A DNA stretch of 62,184 nt, counting the filler, from Choristocarpus tenellus KU-1152 (Eukaryota; Protista; Phaeophyceae): assembly GCA_964200185.2 (NCBI GenBank). It is 10 parts of 10 records of this genome, joined end to end, with 100 filler letters (N's around TTAATTAATTAA, not from the genome) between each part and the next. Parts side by side here need not be neighbours in the genome. Positions count along the whole stretch, not along the records: positions 1 to 4,147 come from CAXNAD020015981.1; positions 4,248 to 12,590 come from CAXNAD020004830.1; 8 more parts are not named here. One strand, 5' to 3'. The notes under the pieces are model-generated. The model searched no databases. It was not told the DNA's origin and worked only from the letters and a program-made list of their open reading frames with translations. The position numbers and the translations under genes are program-made. Of the stretch, positions 1 to 11,748 are shown one piece after another; positions within the stretch are counted from its first letter, which is position 1; every line of letters starts with the position of its first letter.

Positions 1-27
1 GCTCTACCCTCTAAGATACTTTGGCTC
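1..27 (+). mobile_element. Right terminal inverted repeat of MITE family A (truncated by window start)
   Basis: gctctaccctctaagatactttggctc matches the 3' end of complete copies at 41500-41757 and 59839-60099. Confidence 0.8.
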
Positions 28-117
28 ATCACATCTGCACACCCAGCACATCCAGCACACTCATATCACATGCTACAAGTAAGGAGGCGGTTGGCATGAG
101 GGGGTAGTGGTGCTCAC

Positions 118-3100
118 CTTACAGGGTAAGCGAGCCTCCATGGCTCTTACCCTCTGCTGGCGCTGGGTCATGGAGGTAGTAAACATCTCCAGGTTGAAGA
201 ATTTTGGTACCTCTTTGTCTGCCCTCCTCCCAGCAGCCCCATCCATGCCTGAGACCCCGTTGTACCACGTACCTGTTGACAGAGCAACTTTTCTCTTCTC
301 CACCCGGTCCAGTATAGCAGCCATGTTTGGGTGTAGCCCAGGAAGTGCCCTCAAAGCAGCTGCCCCAGAGCCCCTGCAACTCCCCACACCATCTTCATCA
401 CCCTTGACATGCACATCACTGCCTTCTGTTGTGGGGACAACTGTAGGCTCGACACCCACTGCCCCTGTAGACGAGGTAACAACAGAGCTGGAGTTCGCCT
501 TGCTCCATCCTTTGTCAGTGGCCCCTCTCTCATCACTATTGCCTCTCCCCTGGCCCGTTTGATGTGCATTGGGACTGAGGACAGGGGATGTGCTTCCAAC
601 ACCTGACTCGGCCCCATTGGAAATGCCTGCCATTGATGGGTGGGGTGAACAAAGGATGAGGTATTGGGAGAGCACAAAGTGGAAAAACACTGGAATGGGG
701 GTGTGAAGGAAGGAGATTTTTCAATGGTGGGGCAAGGAGGAACGCTAGGTGACCCCCCCTTGAACTGGTTCACACCGGAGAATATTATAGCTCAAGCAGT
801 ATAGTGAATTAGGGAACATTTGATCCCCTAGTTGTTTCCTCGTCGACTCAACACATTGGCTACCTCAAGGGGTGCTGGCAGTGAGTAAAATAAAAAATGG
901 AAGCAGATCCTGCTCACAACCCAAAATGAAATCGAAGCAAACTTGAAAAATAACCTCTATAGTGCAATCAATCTATATTGTGATTCTGATTAATTTTGGC
1001 TATCGTGCTTGTTTGCAAGTGTCAATATCCTTACTCTGGATACACCTTTCATAGTTGTACATATTTTAGGTAACTGTGTTCACACCGTAAACCGAAAAGG
1101 GGCACAAAAAACCCGTGGGAAGCCAAGCCCCAAACGGGCAAAGAGGGCAAGACTCCAACCCTCTTAAGTGCTTTTGGTCAGAATGTCAGCCCGTGAGGAA
1201 ACTGCTGTCTAATGTTCAGTGTAAGGTCCCTAAAACAACACGCAATACCCCAAAAGAAGTTGTACTGGAGTGATTTAGTTTTAAGCCCAGGTTGTACTCC
1301 GCCTATACCCAGGCACAACACACTTTCATATAAAAGGTGGTTGGAGTTGTGAATCAGTAAGTTCTGTGACTCTAGGACGGGCAGTGAACGACTAATCATG
1401 ATCATATCATAAACAGATAGGCACCAAACAATTCATTGTGCCCTGTATCAATAGGATCCGGGCAAATAACTCTTGTCTTAGAGTGTGTGGTTGACTGAGC
1501 ACACCAAGGCAAGCGGACCTCCTGACAGATGAGAGGCCTCACCGGAGGCAGGGGATTTATGAGATAGCTCCCCTTCAGCCTCATTTTCATTACAAACATG
1601 ACTTAAGGCTGTGGGTAAAGATACTAGGATTATCAACTATCGCACCTTGATATCTCCACGGAGATACCAACCATTAAATGTTTAAGTGCGGCGTTGTTAG
1701 TCGTCTGTCTGTGGAATAATATGACAAGTAGATTCCCAATATCCAACTAATAATTACTCGCGACAAATCAAATGCAAAATCTTACAACTGGTGCTAACAA
1801 ACACTTTGACATCATTTTTTCTTTGTAACACATCATTATGTTTGAGAAGTAAGGACCACAGAATTGTCAAAATCTATCCCTTGGAGAGCATGTAGTAGAG
1901 CCCAACCTTTGGCAACTTTAATGGCATGAGTATGTACAACTGGGCACAAAGTCGTAAACTAAAGTAGAGTAGAGAGGTGGTGGTGGTGGTGGTTCAGAAG
2001 TCTCAACCTAAAATATGTCCAAGGCTTGTTTACAGTACCTGGGGGCACTAAAATAGAAGAGAACGCATCACAGGTTCCAAATTACGCATTAGTAGCCAGA
2101 GTTAAGTACTGCACACTCAATAGTAGTCAACATTAGCTTTTCTGTTTGGAACTGGTGCATTTTTGAAGTCTGAAATGGGTCATCATCGGAGGTGCATTCC
2201 CCCTAAACGGTCATAGAAGAAAAATAATGACAATTTTTTTGCTGGGTGTCGTTTGCCTCGGTCAATTGCTCTGGCATAGAGAACTACAGCAAAAATGCTT
2301 AGGTTAACTCTCAGGTCATGATGTTAGATTTTGACAACTGTTTTATTTGTATGTCAGCATGACTCACTCAAGGTCACCCACAGACAAATGCAAACACTAG
2401 CGCAATGCCCCCCCCCTCCTCACCATCCTACATCCACAGTTGCAGGAACATTTAGGACTGAATACTGTCGCCTCCCATCCACTTTATAAGGAGAGCCCAA
2501 TGTACTTCCAACCAACACATGTGTCCTCCCTAACTTACCAATTGATGTACTGTCATCCTCATTATCCACCCCACTGCTGGTCCCCTCAAACACAGGTGTT
2601 GCAACTGGCGCTTTGTTGTTGAGACCCCCTTGAACAGGCAGAAACATGGCCTGGTCTTTGACCCTGACCCGTTTCTTTGCAACTGTTCGATTGCACAGAT
2701 TGCTCGTCTCCCTTGAGCACCGAGATATTCGCCCAGGTTCTTTTGCTTGTGTTGCCTTCTGACTCAAGATCTGCAAAGGCCATCGTGCCATTACAGGGTT
2801 AGATACAGAGTACAGAGTCTGCGTGCAAGTGGTGTATATTGGTTCTGAGACGGCAAACGGAAAAACAAAGAATAAGGCATCAGTATAAATTGGTCTCAGC
2901 ATGGAAGAGCTTCTTGTTGCATTGAAAACATACGTTCATAATAAGACCCACACACCAAAGAACAAAAGGGCATGTTGGGCAGGAGGAGAAGGAACTAAGG
3001 GGGAGCGCAAGGCACTGGGGGTGACTGGAAGCAATATCCTTGTATACAATAGTAGAAAAATCCCTTGGCAGCAAGAGAGTTCGGTACTCTGAGAGCAGGG

Positions 3101-4009
3101 TCTGACAAAAGTCTACATTTCCACCATTGCCTGAGACAACAAGGGATGGGCGTGAAGAGGGGATTGGGCGGTATGCATGTGACAGGGCATTCCAAAATGT
3201 TTCAATACACCATGCTACCTTATCACACCTGGAGACTCAACAGTCTACCATCAAAATATTTATTGCTTGACACATGAAATTTGACAACAGCACTGGGAGA
3301 GTGAGGACGGAGAGGCTTGTACAGCTTTGTGCTGGTATTGGTGTATAGAAGTCTTCCCAGGCACAACTATATCGAGTGTTCAATGGGGGAGGAAGAAGGG
3401 TTCAGCAGCTCAACTTGGTATCGCGTCAACACATTGTTGCTTGCTCCAAAAAACGATTGATGGACCAATGCCGTACTACAGTAGCAAGAGTTCTTCAGTA
3501 TAAGGAAAAATAACTCATTAACATCAACATACAAAACTTTGGTGCTTGCATGAAAAACCTTCACCAACAACAAATACAAAAGGCTAGAAAATGCACAACA
3601 AGATTGCCAAATGACATGTGTACTGTCTGTCCTGCTGTAAAACAGGATGTGGGGGGAGAGGAGCCACAGGAGGTGTAGTATTAAGGCAAGGCTTCATCTT
3701 CTTATTTCCTTTGTGCAAAAAAGTATAAAAAAGGGACAAACACCAAATATGGAAAACTGAACCCACATTATGATGTAGATAAGGTGGGAAAATAGCACAG
3801 GAAGTTCCATTTGAGGAAACATTGACTTGTTGTCAACTAAAATCAGAAGAGAGAGTAGGAAAAAGGAAAAGGAGGGACCAAGAAAGAAGAGGGAAGCAGA
3901 CTATAAACAAAGGTGAAAGCTTACTGAGTGTGCAATCTTGAGGGCATCTGCCTCAGAGGCTTCACGGGCCTTTCCCTCAAGGCGTTGAGGAGTCGTCCTG
4001 ACCTTCACC
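118..4009 (-). CDS. Partial multi-exon gene, hypothetical protein (candidate exons 4009-3925, 3366-3229, 2770-~2430, 626-118)
   Basis: Open, AG/GT-bounded segments. The first three join in phase (VKVRTTPQRLEGKAREASEADALKIAHS / LCLGRLLYTNTSTKLYKPLRPHSPSAVVKFHVSSNKYFDGRLLSLQ / ILSQKATQAKEPG...). The 626-118 exon ends AAG|gtgagc. The link between 2430 and 626 is unresolved and no family was recognised. Confidence 0.5.
975..1179 (-). mobile_element. Degenerate MITE family A copy
   Basis: aattttggctatcgtg...gtgtcaatatcc...gggaagccaagccccaaacgg...accctct matches the reverse complement of the family A body; the left TIR is eroded. Confidence 0.7.
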
Positions 4010-4147
4010 CTGCCAAGAACACAACGGATTCAATGCACAGGTTTGTTGGTTTGTGGAACTTGATATGTGTGTGTGTGGTATATGTGTGTGTGTAGGGGGG
4101 GGGGGCGAGTGTGATCAAATTAATTGAATTGTATGAATGGAGCAATA

Positions 4148-4247
4148 NNNNNNNNNNNNNNNNNNNNNNNNNNNNNNNNNNNNNNNNNNNNTTAATTAAT
4201 TAANNNNNNNNNNNNNNNNNNNNNNNNNNNNNNNNNNNNNNNNNNNN
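4148..4247. other. Artificial contig-joining linker
   Basis: 44 N + TTAATTAATTAA (stops in all six frames) + 44 N. Identical linkers at 12591-12690, 17170-17269, 20113-20212, 28011-28110, 38563-38662, 42827-42926, 51887-51986 and 58342-58441. A separate 9-N gap lies at 14095-14103. Confidence 0.97.
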
Positions 4248-4307
4248 CGCAACACCCCCCCGCCCCGTCCCGCCCCCCCCCCCCCCCCCCCCCAGATACT
4301 TTGAGTC
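4248..4307. mobile_element. MITE family B terminus at contig edge
   Basis: Poly-C followed by cagatactttgagtc, the family B TIR. Confidence 0.7.
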
Positions 4308-4899
4308 GTACTATCCTGCTTCATGTGTGGCATCAAGTGGAAGGAAATCAAGTACCCCCAAGCAATGCTTCCAGATTATATGGTAAAATGGCAATGATAA
4401 TACAACTCGCTATTGTGTGATACAGGCAGCGACAACGACACCATGACCTGCCCAGCCGGGTAGCCAGCCAGCCCTGACAAGTTAAATGCGTATGGAAGCA
4501 CATACGACGTATAAAGTTGCTTGCAGGTGTGCAGAAATCTCACTTATAAAATACCTTTTTAATGCCCCACAGGGTGTGTAAATTTCTGTTTTTGACTCTT
4601 TTCGTTATGATACTGATTCTTTTTGGTCTATTAATACCAAGTGGGGGTAAATCGCGTGTGCCCGGAATGCTTGCTGCTCACCCAGGTGGAAGTTTATACG
4701 TACAAGTATGACCAAAACCCTATACAACGTATATTGTGTAGATATGGATGGTGACCATGCATATCTAACATCTGAGAACCACCAACAGCAATTTCGTTTG
4801 AGGTCCTCCCCATAATCTCGCGTTGATATTTCGCGCCCAACAAGATCGGGACTCCCTATACCACTCCGAAGTAACGCTCCTTGTTCTACCCTCCTAACC

Positions 4900-6700
4900 A
4901 ACAAAAATAGAAGTGGTTATTAGCCCACTTGCTTGGAATGTCTAAACATATCACTGATCACAAGGACTCGGGCTTGTGAATGCCGCATGATTGGGCTTCA
5001 AGAGGCAAGGAGAGGTGGAAAATATGGCCTTGAGTTTCCAAGCCTACTATACAGTGCTTCAGTAGACGTGAAGATGGCAGAGGTACCCATGGAGTGGGAA
5101 AGGCAAGCGAAGGAGTCAATCCTGAAATAGGCTGCCTATGAAGTAGAGTTATTTGGCAGGTGGGGTGACGAAGGTCTTGTTAATGATGGCAGTCAGTTCA
5201 ACTAGGGTAACATCAATTCTGGGATATGACCTAGCAGACAAAGCCTCAGAGACAGTCATGGACGTCTTCTGGGAGAAGCTACACCCCATGATCCAGCAGT
5301 CCCTGCCTACGACAAACTCTTAAAAGCCACATGATGGACGTGAACGCCCGCAGTGAAACAAGAGGTGAGGTGAGAGGGGAATGGATTGGCAACAGTAGGT
5401 TACTTGGCCCATATGGTTAAAATGTCTTCATAAACAGTGGCTTGTGAAATGAACATACTGCTCTTATCAACATGTTCTTCAGGTTAACCAAGGAGGGGGG
5501 AAATCTCCCACACGTATTTGGCAAACCAGGAGAGAGAAGGTGTACATCCATCATGATTGCGTTCTCACCTGTCAGGTTGATCATTGTCTCGTACACAATA
5601 TATGGGTGTAATCAGTCTTACCAACGGAATTGGATCAAAATATCGTATTCATTATCGGTCTGCCTCCTTGGTCGGTTTGCTCCCTATCATTGTAAGACGT
5701 GCAAAATGGTGGCAAGAGATAACTTTTGCCCAGTCGATAAGTTCTGATTTCTAGTGACCGTTGAGGATTGGATTGGCGGAGTGTGGTTGGGAGTTAAATT
5801 CTTGTCAGGTGAAGCAGTGACAACCAACTGATACAGGAGGTGCAGCAAAAGTGATGAACAGTATGGCAACCTTACACGTACCCCATTTGTTAGGATCCGT
5901 TTCGAAATTACCGTCACCTCCACGATCAAACGTGTTGTTACCAGGAAGGTTAGGGTGGCATGCCAGCAACCAAGCTCAAATAAGCTTATTGGAGACATGG
6001 GAGGAGCAGGAACGAGCATGGCAGCAACAATGCAGAGACCACCAAAACACTCACCTTCAAACAGGTGTTGAGGGTGACTGGTAGACAGATCAAGTTGACG
6101 AGGGGGGATCTGCCTTGCAGGTATCCCTTGACATATACAAGGATAGTGGAAGACAGCTTTTGCTATGAGGATAAAGGTGGTTTCTATCATCACCTGAAAG
6201 GGTGCAACATAGACAGGACCGGACAGATAGTCTCCCAAACACTGAGAGATGGTGCTCTCTTGCCAGGCGGAACATGATTCCATCCTGAAAGAAGTATTGT
6301 TTTTATCCATAGAAGAGGTCAAACAGACGGTGTCTCATTGCCTCGAAGATCCAGAAAAGCTCTGGACTTTTGCGGGGACAGCTCAGCAACAGTAACAAAA
6401 TACAATCAGTTTATGCATTGAAGCACGTGAGGTTGAATTAATTCCTAGAAGATGAGGTTGTAAGAGTGAGATACATGTGAGGGTGTAGGTGGGGTTAGGC
6501 CTGCTTCAACTAGTGCATCAATGACAAAGCTAATTGAAGGGGGTGAAGCGGTACTAAGACCGTGGTGCTGGTCAGTCATCCTTTCGTATGCAGTTTATGC
6601 CCTCTTGAGTATCTAGAACTATATTGACCTTCGACTTGACACCCCATTTACATACCTGACATGCAATTTACCCCCTTTGTATAAGGATGTGGTTGCCAAA
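4900..6700 (-). mobile_element. Possible heavily decayed LTR retrotransposon (Copia-like) coding relic
   Basis: Stop- and frameshift-ridden, coding-like sequence with faint resemblance to protease/integrase segments; no intact motif. Confidence 0.25.
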
Positions 6701-7229
6701 GAGAGGAATGTTTGTCCACATAGCATGAGGTCACCCTACACAGTGCTAAAAGCATGTGTACTACAAGGCAGTCACAATGACACCAACCACTCAATGATAC
6801 CTCCATCTAAGATAGGACAGCTTTGGTGCAAAAAGAAACGATTTGTACTACCAAGTATGAGAATGCAGGTGATGCTTTCATCTGCTGCCCTTATGCTACA
6901 ATTGTTGGACTACTTAGAGTCAATGCATCTAGGAGGGGATACCACTTGCAACATTGGACAACTCTGCCACACATTTCACTCGTCCATGGCTTGTTTGTGT
7001 ATCACTTGGAGTACTAGTACTAATGTGTGTTTTGTGGGTGTTTTTTGGTACACAATTGTATCCTTTTCTAATTCCTCCTCCTCCCTCAGCTCTCAACTAA
7101 ATACTCAAAACTCTTGTCTGGAGGTGTGCCGGACAAATTATGAACATGGAAACAATGTATCTTTGATAAAAGTTGCTGTTAACTTTCAAAATAGAAGTTT
7201 TTCAGGGGTTGTTCTGATATTTGATTGGC

Positions 7230-7290
7230 TTTTCATTGGTTTTCCCCTAACACATCTGGAAAATATTAGAGGGCATAATATAAAAATAGA
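7230..7290 (+). repeat. Dispersed repeat D (copies also at ~23009-23070 and ~38663-38710)
   Basis: ttttcattggttttcccc(t)(g/a)acacatctggaaaat(a/g)t(t/c)agaggg(c/t)ataat occurs three times on different contigs. Confidence 0.75.
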
Positions 7291-7429
7291 AGTATATTAC
7301 CCCGCAATCTGCCAACGAAAAGTGTAGATTATTTCTTACTAGCCAATGTTCACATTTTCATGCTTCCAACCTACCACTACAACGGTGGGCAAGTACCTAC
7401 GGAAGTATCCCAATAATCTGCGAGGCCCT

Positions 7430-7850
7430 TTCTTGCTCACTTGCCAAGTGCATCTAACTTGAAACGTGTTGACATGTCTCGAAAGAGCCACTTCAGATAA
7501 TTAGAGGCCATCTGTCTCAAATGAGAATTGGCAGCCCCTTTTCCATAATAACCCCCAGCCCCACTTCCCCCATACCACATGGATGACCAACTCTTCAAGG
7601 GAACTCTCTGCTTGTTTACCAAGGCGCCCAAAACTTTCCAATGCAGAATTGTTGAGCTGAAAACTGTGAGGCTCATAAGATGCCTCATGGTTGGTGCACT
7701 TTCGCACCTCAGCTGCAGTAGCAGCAATACCATTGTTGATGGATGAGTGGGTCAAGTGACAGGCTGCCTTGACCTCTGCAAAAGCGACATCCAGAGGCAA
7801 GCCTTTGTCACTGTAGGGGGGCTGAGCAAGCCTCCGGTAGTCCCCCAACC
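7430..7850 (-). mobile_element. 3' relic of a non-LTR retrotransposon, restriction-like endonuclease (RLE) region
   Basis: LPLDVAFAEV...AATAAEVRKCTNH...FQLNNSALESFGRLGKQAESSLEELVIHVV resembles the 'LDVT...A...E..K..HY...LAVESFGRLG' C-terminus of RLE-type (CRE-like) elements. Confidence 0.6.
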
Positions 7851-8096
7851 CTAGCGCGGGTGAAAACGGAGACCCCTTCTATACGGTAGTTGATACAAAT
7901 CTCGTAAGAGAACACAACTTGCCAAAACGCATTGACAACTGCGTCATCAACACGATTTTATCCCTCCGTAATTTCGTTAACTGTTGTAGTGAGTGTTCGT
8001 ACCTGTCACTGTTGCTGGTAATACCTTTTTCAAAAACATGTAGATCAGATTCTTTTGTATGCATGATAGTCTGTCACACTTGCTAAAATTACAATC

Positions 8097-8122
8097 TTAG
8101 GGTTAGGGTTAGGGTTAGGTTA
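8097..8122 (+). repeat. Interstitial telomere-type (TTAGGG)n
   Basis: ttagggttagggttagggttagg. Similar short tracts at ~18728-18743, ~57240-57285, ~57562-57587 and ~58210-58228. Confidence 0.75.
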
Positions 8123-8399
8123 CTGTCTGGTCAAGATTGTTGTGCCCACTCACTAATTTCGTGTTCTGAATAAGATAGTGATAAAATGCTGAACACGTTC
8201 TTCTAGGGGAGTAAAACGGAGCATTTTACGAGTAAACCAAAATAGGTAAACCATAACAACGTTCGCGTTTTCGTGGTGCCCCTTCTATGTATCTGCCAAT
8301 AAAAAAATTGCTGTCCATATAGAAGAGGTCTGACCACGTGAACTGACAACAAAACTAGAAACGAAAATACCTATTACGTGGCGGACAGGTCCGTTTGCG

Positions 8400-8620
8400 A
8401 ACTGATCTCAGTCCCATCCACATCCGCACGCACACACAAGTGTATTGCACGTACATTTCTTTGTCATTGGTGACTTTACCACCAACATCAAACAAAGAAA
8501 GCTTTTGAGGACCCTCGCACCACTTACTGTTGAACGTTCACAATGATGTGACACCAAATACCAGATCTGAGACCCCATAAAAGATTTCCTAAGATTTGAT
8601 GATCGAGAGAGTATTGGGTT
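8400..8620 (-). mobile_element. Decayed repeat with SWIM-like Cys motif; diverged second copy at ~47575-47780
   Basis: The two copies align (gatctcagtcc(c/a)atccacatccgc...cagatctgaga). Minus-strand translation across frameshifts gives FD(V/I)(G/D)G..(T/I)ND.E....C.CVCA.GCG.D, a CxC...H pattern seen in SWIM fingers of DNA transposons. Confidence 0.4.
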
Positions 8621-10045
8621 TCCTGGAATCACCCCACTATGACACAACTGGTGATTCTGAATGCCCCCACGACTGATTGGGCCCTGCCTCACGACACTTA
8701 GCAGCAAAACAAAAGGAAAAAATATGAGAGGATATGTTTCTAATAGGGTGAACTTAAGAAAGACAAGATAAGATCGCTGTATCCACCTAGTTTAGCTGAA
8801 TGGGTATGTGGCTTGATGGATCGGTGACACATTATTAGTTCGATGCATAATGCCGTTAAGCTCGAAAATATTGTAGATATCTTACTGAGTATGTGTTAAA
8901 CTGTAGAAGGACCTAACATACAACATACTCTCAGATCCCAGGTAAGTTCCCGGTCATTGTGCAACCTTGTGAAGTACTCTGCCACTTTGTGGTACCAATT
9001 AGAAGCCCAGTTAAATACCGTAATCGGTCTGCTGATCCTTCCTTTTGGAGGGATTTGATGACTGCATCCTCCGAAACCTGTGACACGACTCCCACAACCC
9101 ACACAGTCAACATAATCTTGTGGAAAACCTGGAAGGATAATCTCGTCCTTGTTGAGGTCAAGTTTTAGGACTTCAACAAGGAGATCATCTGGTCCTATTT
9201 CCCTCTTGTTTGCCATGACAAACAATTCTTCAGCCGCTTCTACCAGTTCAATGTTGGTACAGCAGCGAGTAGATTATGTTCGAGGGCTCCGGCACCTAAA
9301 TCACTAATGGGGAGTAGCCCCCTAGATTTGTTCGGTTACGGTTATGTTTAGGAAAGTATCCACGGTTAGCTTGGAACGAAACCATAATGTCCGAAATCTG
9401 TACCACACCGATGATAACTTTGGAGACTTTTGGAAAATTGCGCACTGTAGTAAGGAGGGGTGCTTTTCACCGTCCCGTCCAGTCACGTTCAGGTATATCC
9501 TTACAACACAACTGTACCGCACTAAAGAGAATTTACCTTAACATATCGCCGTCTAGTGGTATATTTACCGTAAAATACCAAGAACAGTCAAATGTGATAA
9601 ATCGTGGGATCGTGAAGGTTGTGTGCTACTTATGGGGGAAGTGACAAGCAGCGTCTCCTTAACGTCCAGGGTAGCAGCACTACTGGCTTACATCTTCTGT
9701 CCTCCTCTTTGTAGTCATATCTGGGAGTGCGTAACCTTGCACTACTCTAGGGAGACTTGACCTCCAGGAGGTGAATAAACGTCTCTTAGCAGCGTCTGGG
9801 CGGTTAACGAGGTCGAGTCAGCCTGGTCAACTAACTGGCAGACCAATTAACTGACGGTTTGGTTTAAAACCCTGGTATGAGATGTTTTTGTTTGTTGTGT
9901 TGGGAAGAGGCATGTTTTAGATTCCAGATATTATTATTGTTGTCCTAAATTGCATGACCGCCATCCCCGTATTACAAACCTTTCGAAGTATGGAATTGGG
10001 AATGGGTAGGTAAAAGGTAAACTATCTGTGTCCACCCCTACCAAT

Positions 10046-11748
10046 ATGCTGCTATTTCAGCACACCCACCCACGTTGGTGTTTTGGACTACTGAAATGGG
10101 TTTTGAAAGATTGGAGGATCCTATGTCTATTGATGATGATATGTGGGAGTTCGGTGTCTGTCAACGTAGAGAAGAGCAATGAATATGTGAACAAAGGAGA
10201 CAACAGTGGTGGAAGTTCGTCGAAGGGTTCTATTTCCTTGTTCGAGGCAGCAAAAGTTGCATATAACGTAACATCGTGGGGAATAAACTACACTTTGGAA
10301 TATATGGGCTATGGTAAGTACCAATGACTTCATCCCACAATGCACAATGCAGTCATCAACATTTCAGATGTGGGTACCAATACATTTACATTCTGTGCCT
10401 AGCTTCAGCACCAATCGCATTTCCCACTCTCTCGTCCAACCTCTTCCTTCGTAGATGTTTGTCCTTACGTAGCAGACCCCGTTGGCGCCGTGAAAGAGGC
10501 GTTGCAAACACGGATCAAGGCCCAACCCTTGGCGATTGAAACAACAATCAATGCATTCTCAGCGTGGCACTTCAGGTCAGGTCATGGGATTGATGGGCCT
10601 CCCGAGCTAGCACTCTTGCTTGCGCGTGGCACGGAGTGGGTAAGCTCGTTGCACGTAATCATTGGCAACGAAACTTATTTTACCCTTACTTCTATTCTGC
10701 TGTGTGGTTTGTCAAGATTGCAAGGTGTGATTACGATGGTACAAGGTGAAGCTCTCGTTTGGGCCCCTCTCATCAGACCCTTGAAGTCAATGCGGGTGTT
10801 ATACGGGATAGGTATAAAATCCTTTTTGTGTGCAGAAGGGGTGCCAAGTGGACGTTGAATTTAATCCTCCTTACATCTAGTCACCGCATCTCAACATGCA
10901 ACCGTGCAGGTCCTGGGTCGTTGTAATTTTGGCTGGAGGTCTTGCCCATATGATGGCACTTTTCTTTTTTAGTCCACAACAAAATATGGGCAATGCAATT
11001 GCATGACTGACAGACAAGCTCGATTTGTAAGGATTCCATTTGTCGAAGGTTGACAGATTGTCGAAGTGAAGTAAGGTTGACAAGAATTGTCCCAACCATC
11101 TTCAGGGGAATCCCGCGAGGACGGGGTCGTGGGAAATAGGAGGAGAGAGTAGGCCCTGAACTAAACTACCCATAGGGTATCCTCACGCCATAAAACTACT
11201 CTGAGGTACTTACATTTTCATACTGCGCAATAGGTGTCTGAAGCATGGTAATGATTGCAGGCGTTCGGTGATATGATGTGCAATAAAGATGTGAACCATA
11301 CCACCTTGTTTGTGGTGACTTGCTGAAGGCAACCGTGCTTTCGGAATGAGATCTCTCTGGAGTGCTGAATGCCAGCACTTTGATTTGTGCATCGTGTGCT
11401 TGCATTGAGGGTATAGCAAGAACATTTGCAAACAAACCCAGAATCCACCCTCCACGTCCCTGCTAGAATTGCACCATCAAATCCAACACTAGCAAAACTG
11501 TTTCCTGACTTGCTGTTGTGTGTGGTGTGTGTGTGTGTGTGTGTGGGTGTGTGTGTCCTTGTCAATTCTACTGCTCTTTTTGTCAGTTACCTTGCAGGGC
11601 GGCATCAGCCGCTAGTCTTGGCGCTCACGGGCTCCACTGGCACGGGAAAGACGGAGAGTGCTTGGGTTCTAGCTGAGGCGTTGCTAAGCAAGACATGTCG
11701 TATCACTGGGGGCATCCGCAACATACCCCGGGGTCTATTGACACTCAA
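10046..11748 (+). CDS. Torsin/ClpB-like AAA+ ATPase, partial (exons 10046-10313, 10455-10575, 11587-11748)
   Basis: Phase-consistent splicing (G|gtaagt...tag|AT; AG|gtcagg...cag|T; AA|gtgaga) gives a hydrophobic N-terminus, then DVCPYVADPVGAVKEALQTRIKAQPLAIETTINAFSAWHFSYLAGRHQPLVLALTGSTGTGKTESAWVLAEALL. This matches the torsin pattern 'L..RLFGQHLA...KPL.LSLHG.TGTGK'. The start codon is uncertain and the 3' end is lost at the contig break. Confidence 0.8.

Noticed and set aside
4192-4203. TTAATTAATTAA palindrome as a biological site
   Set aside because: It is always centred in identical N runs, so it is an assembly spacer.
6677-7327. 216-aa plus-strand ORF
   Set aside because: No ATG-led coherent domain or splice support; it runs through dispersed repeat D and is likely a chance ORF in decayed TE sequence.
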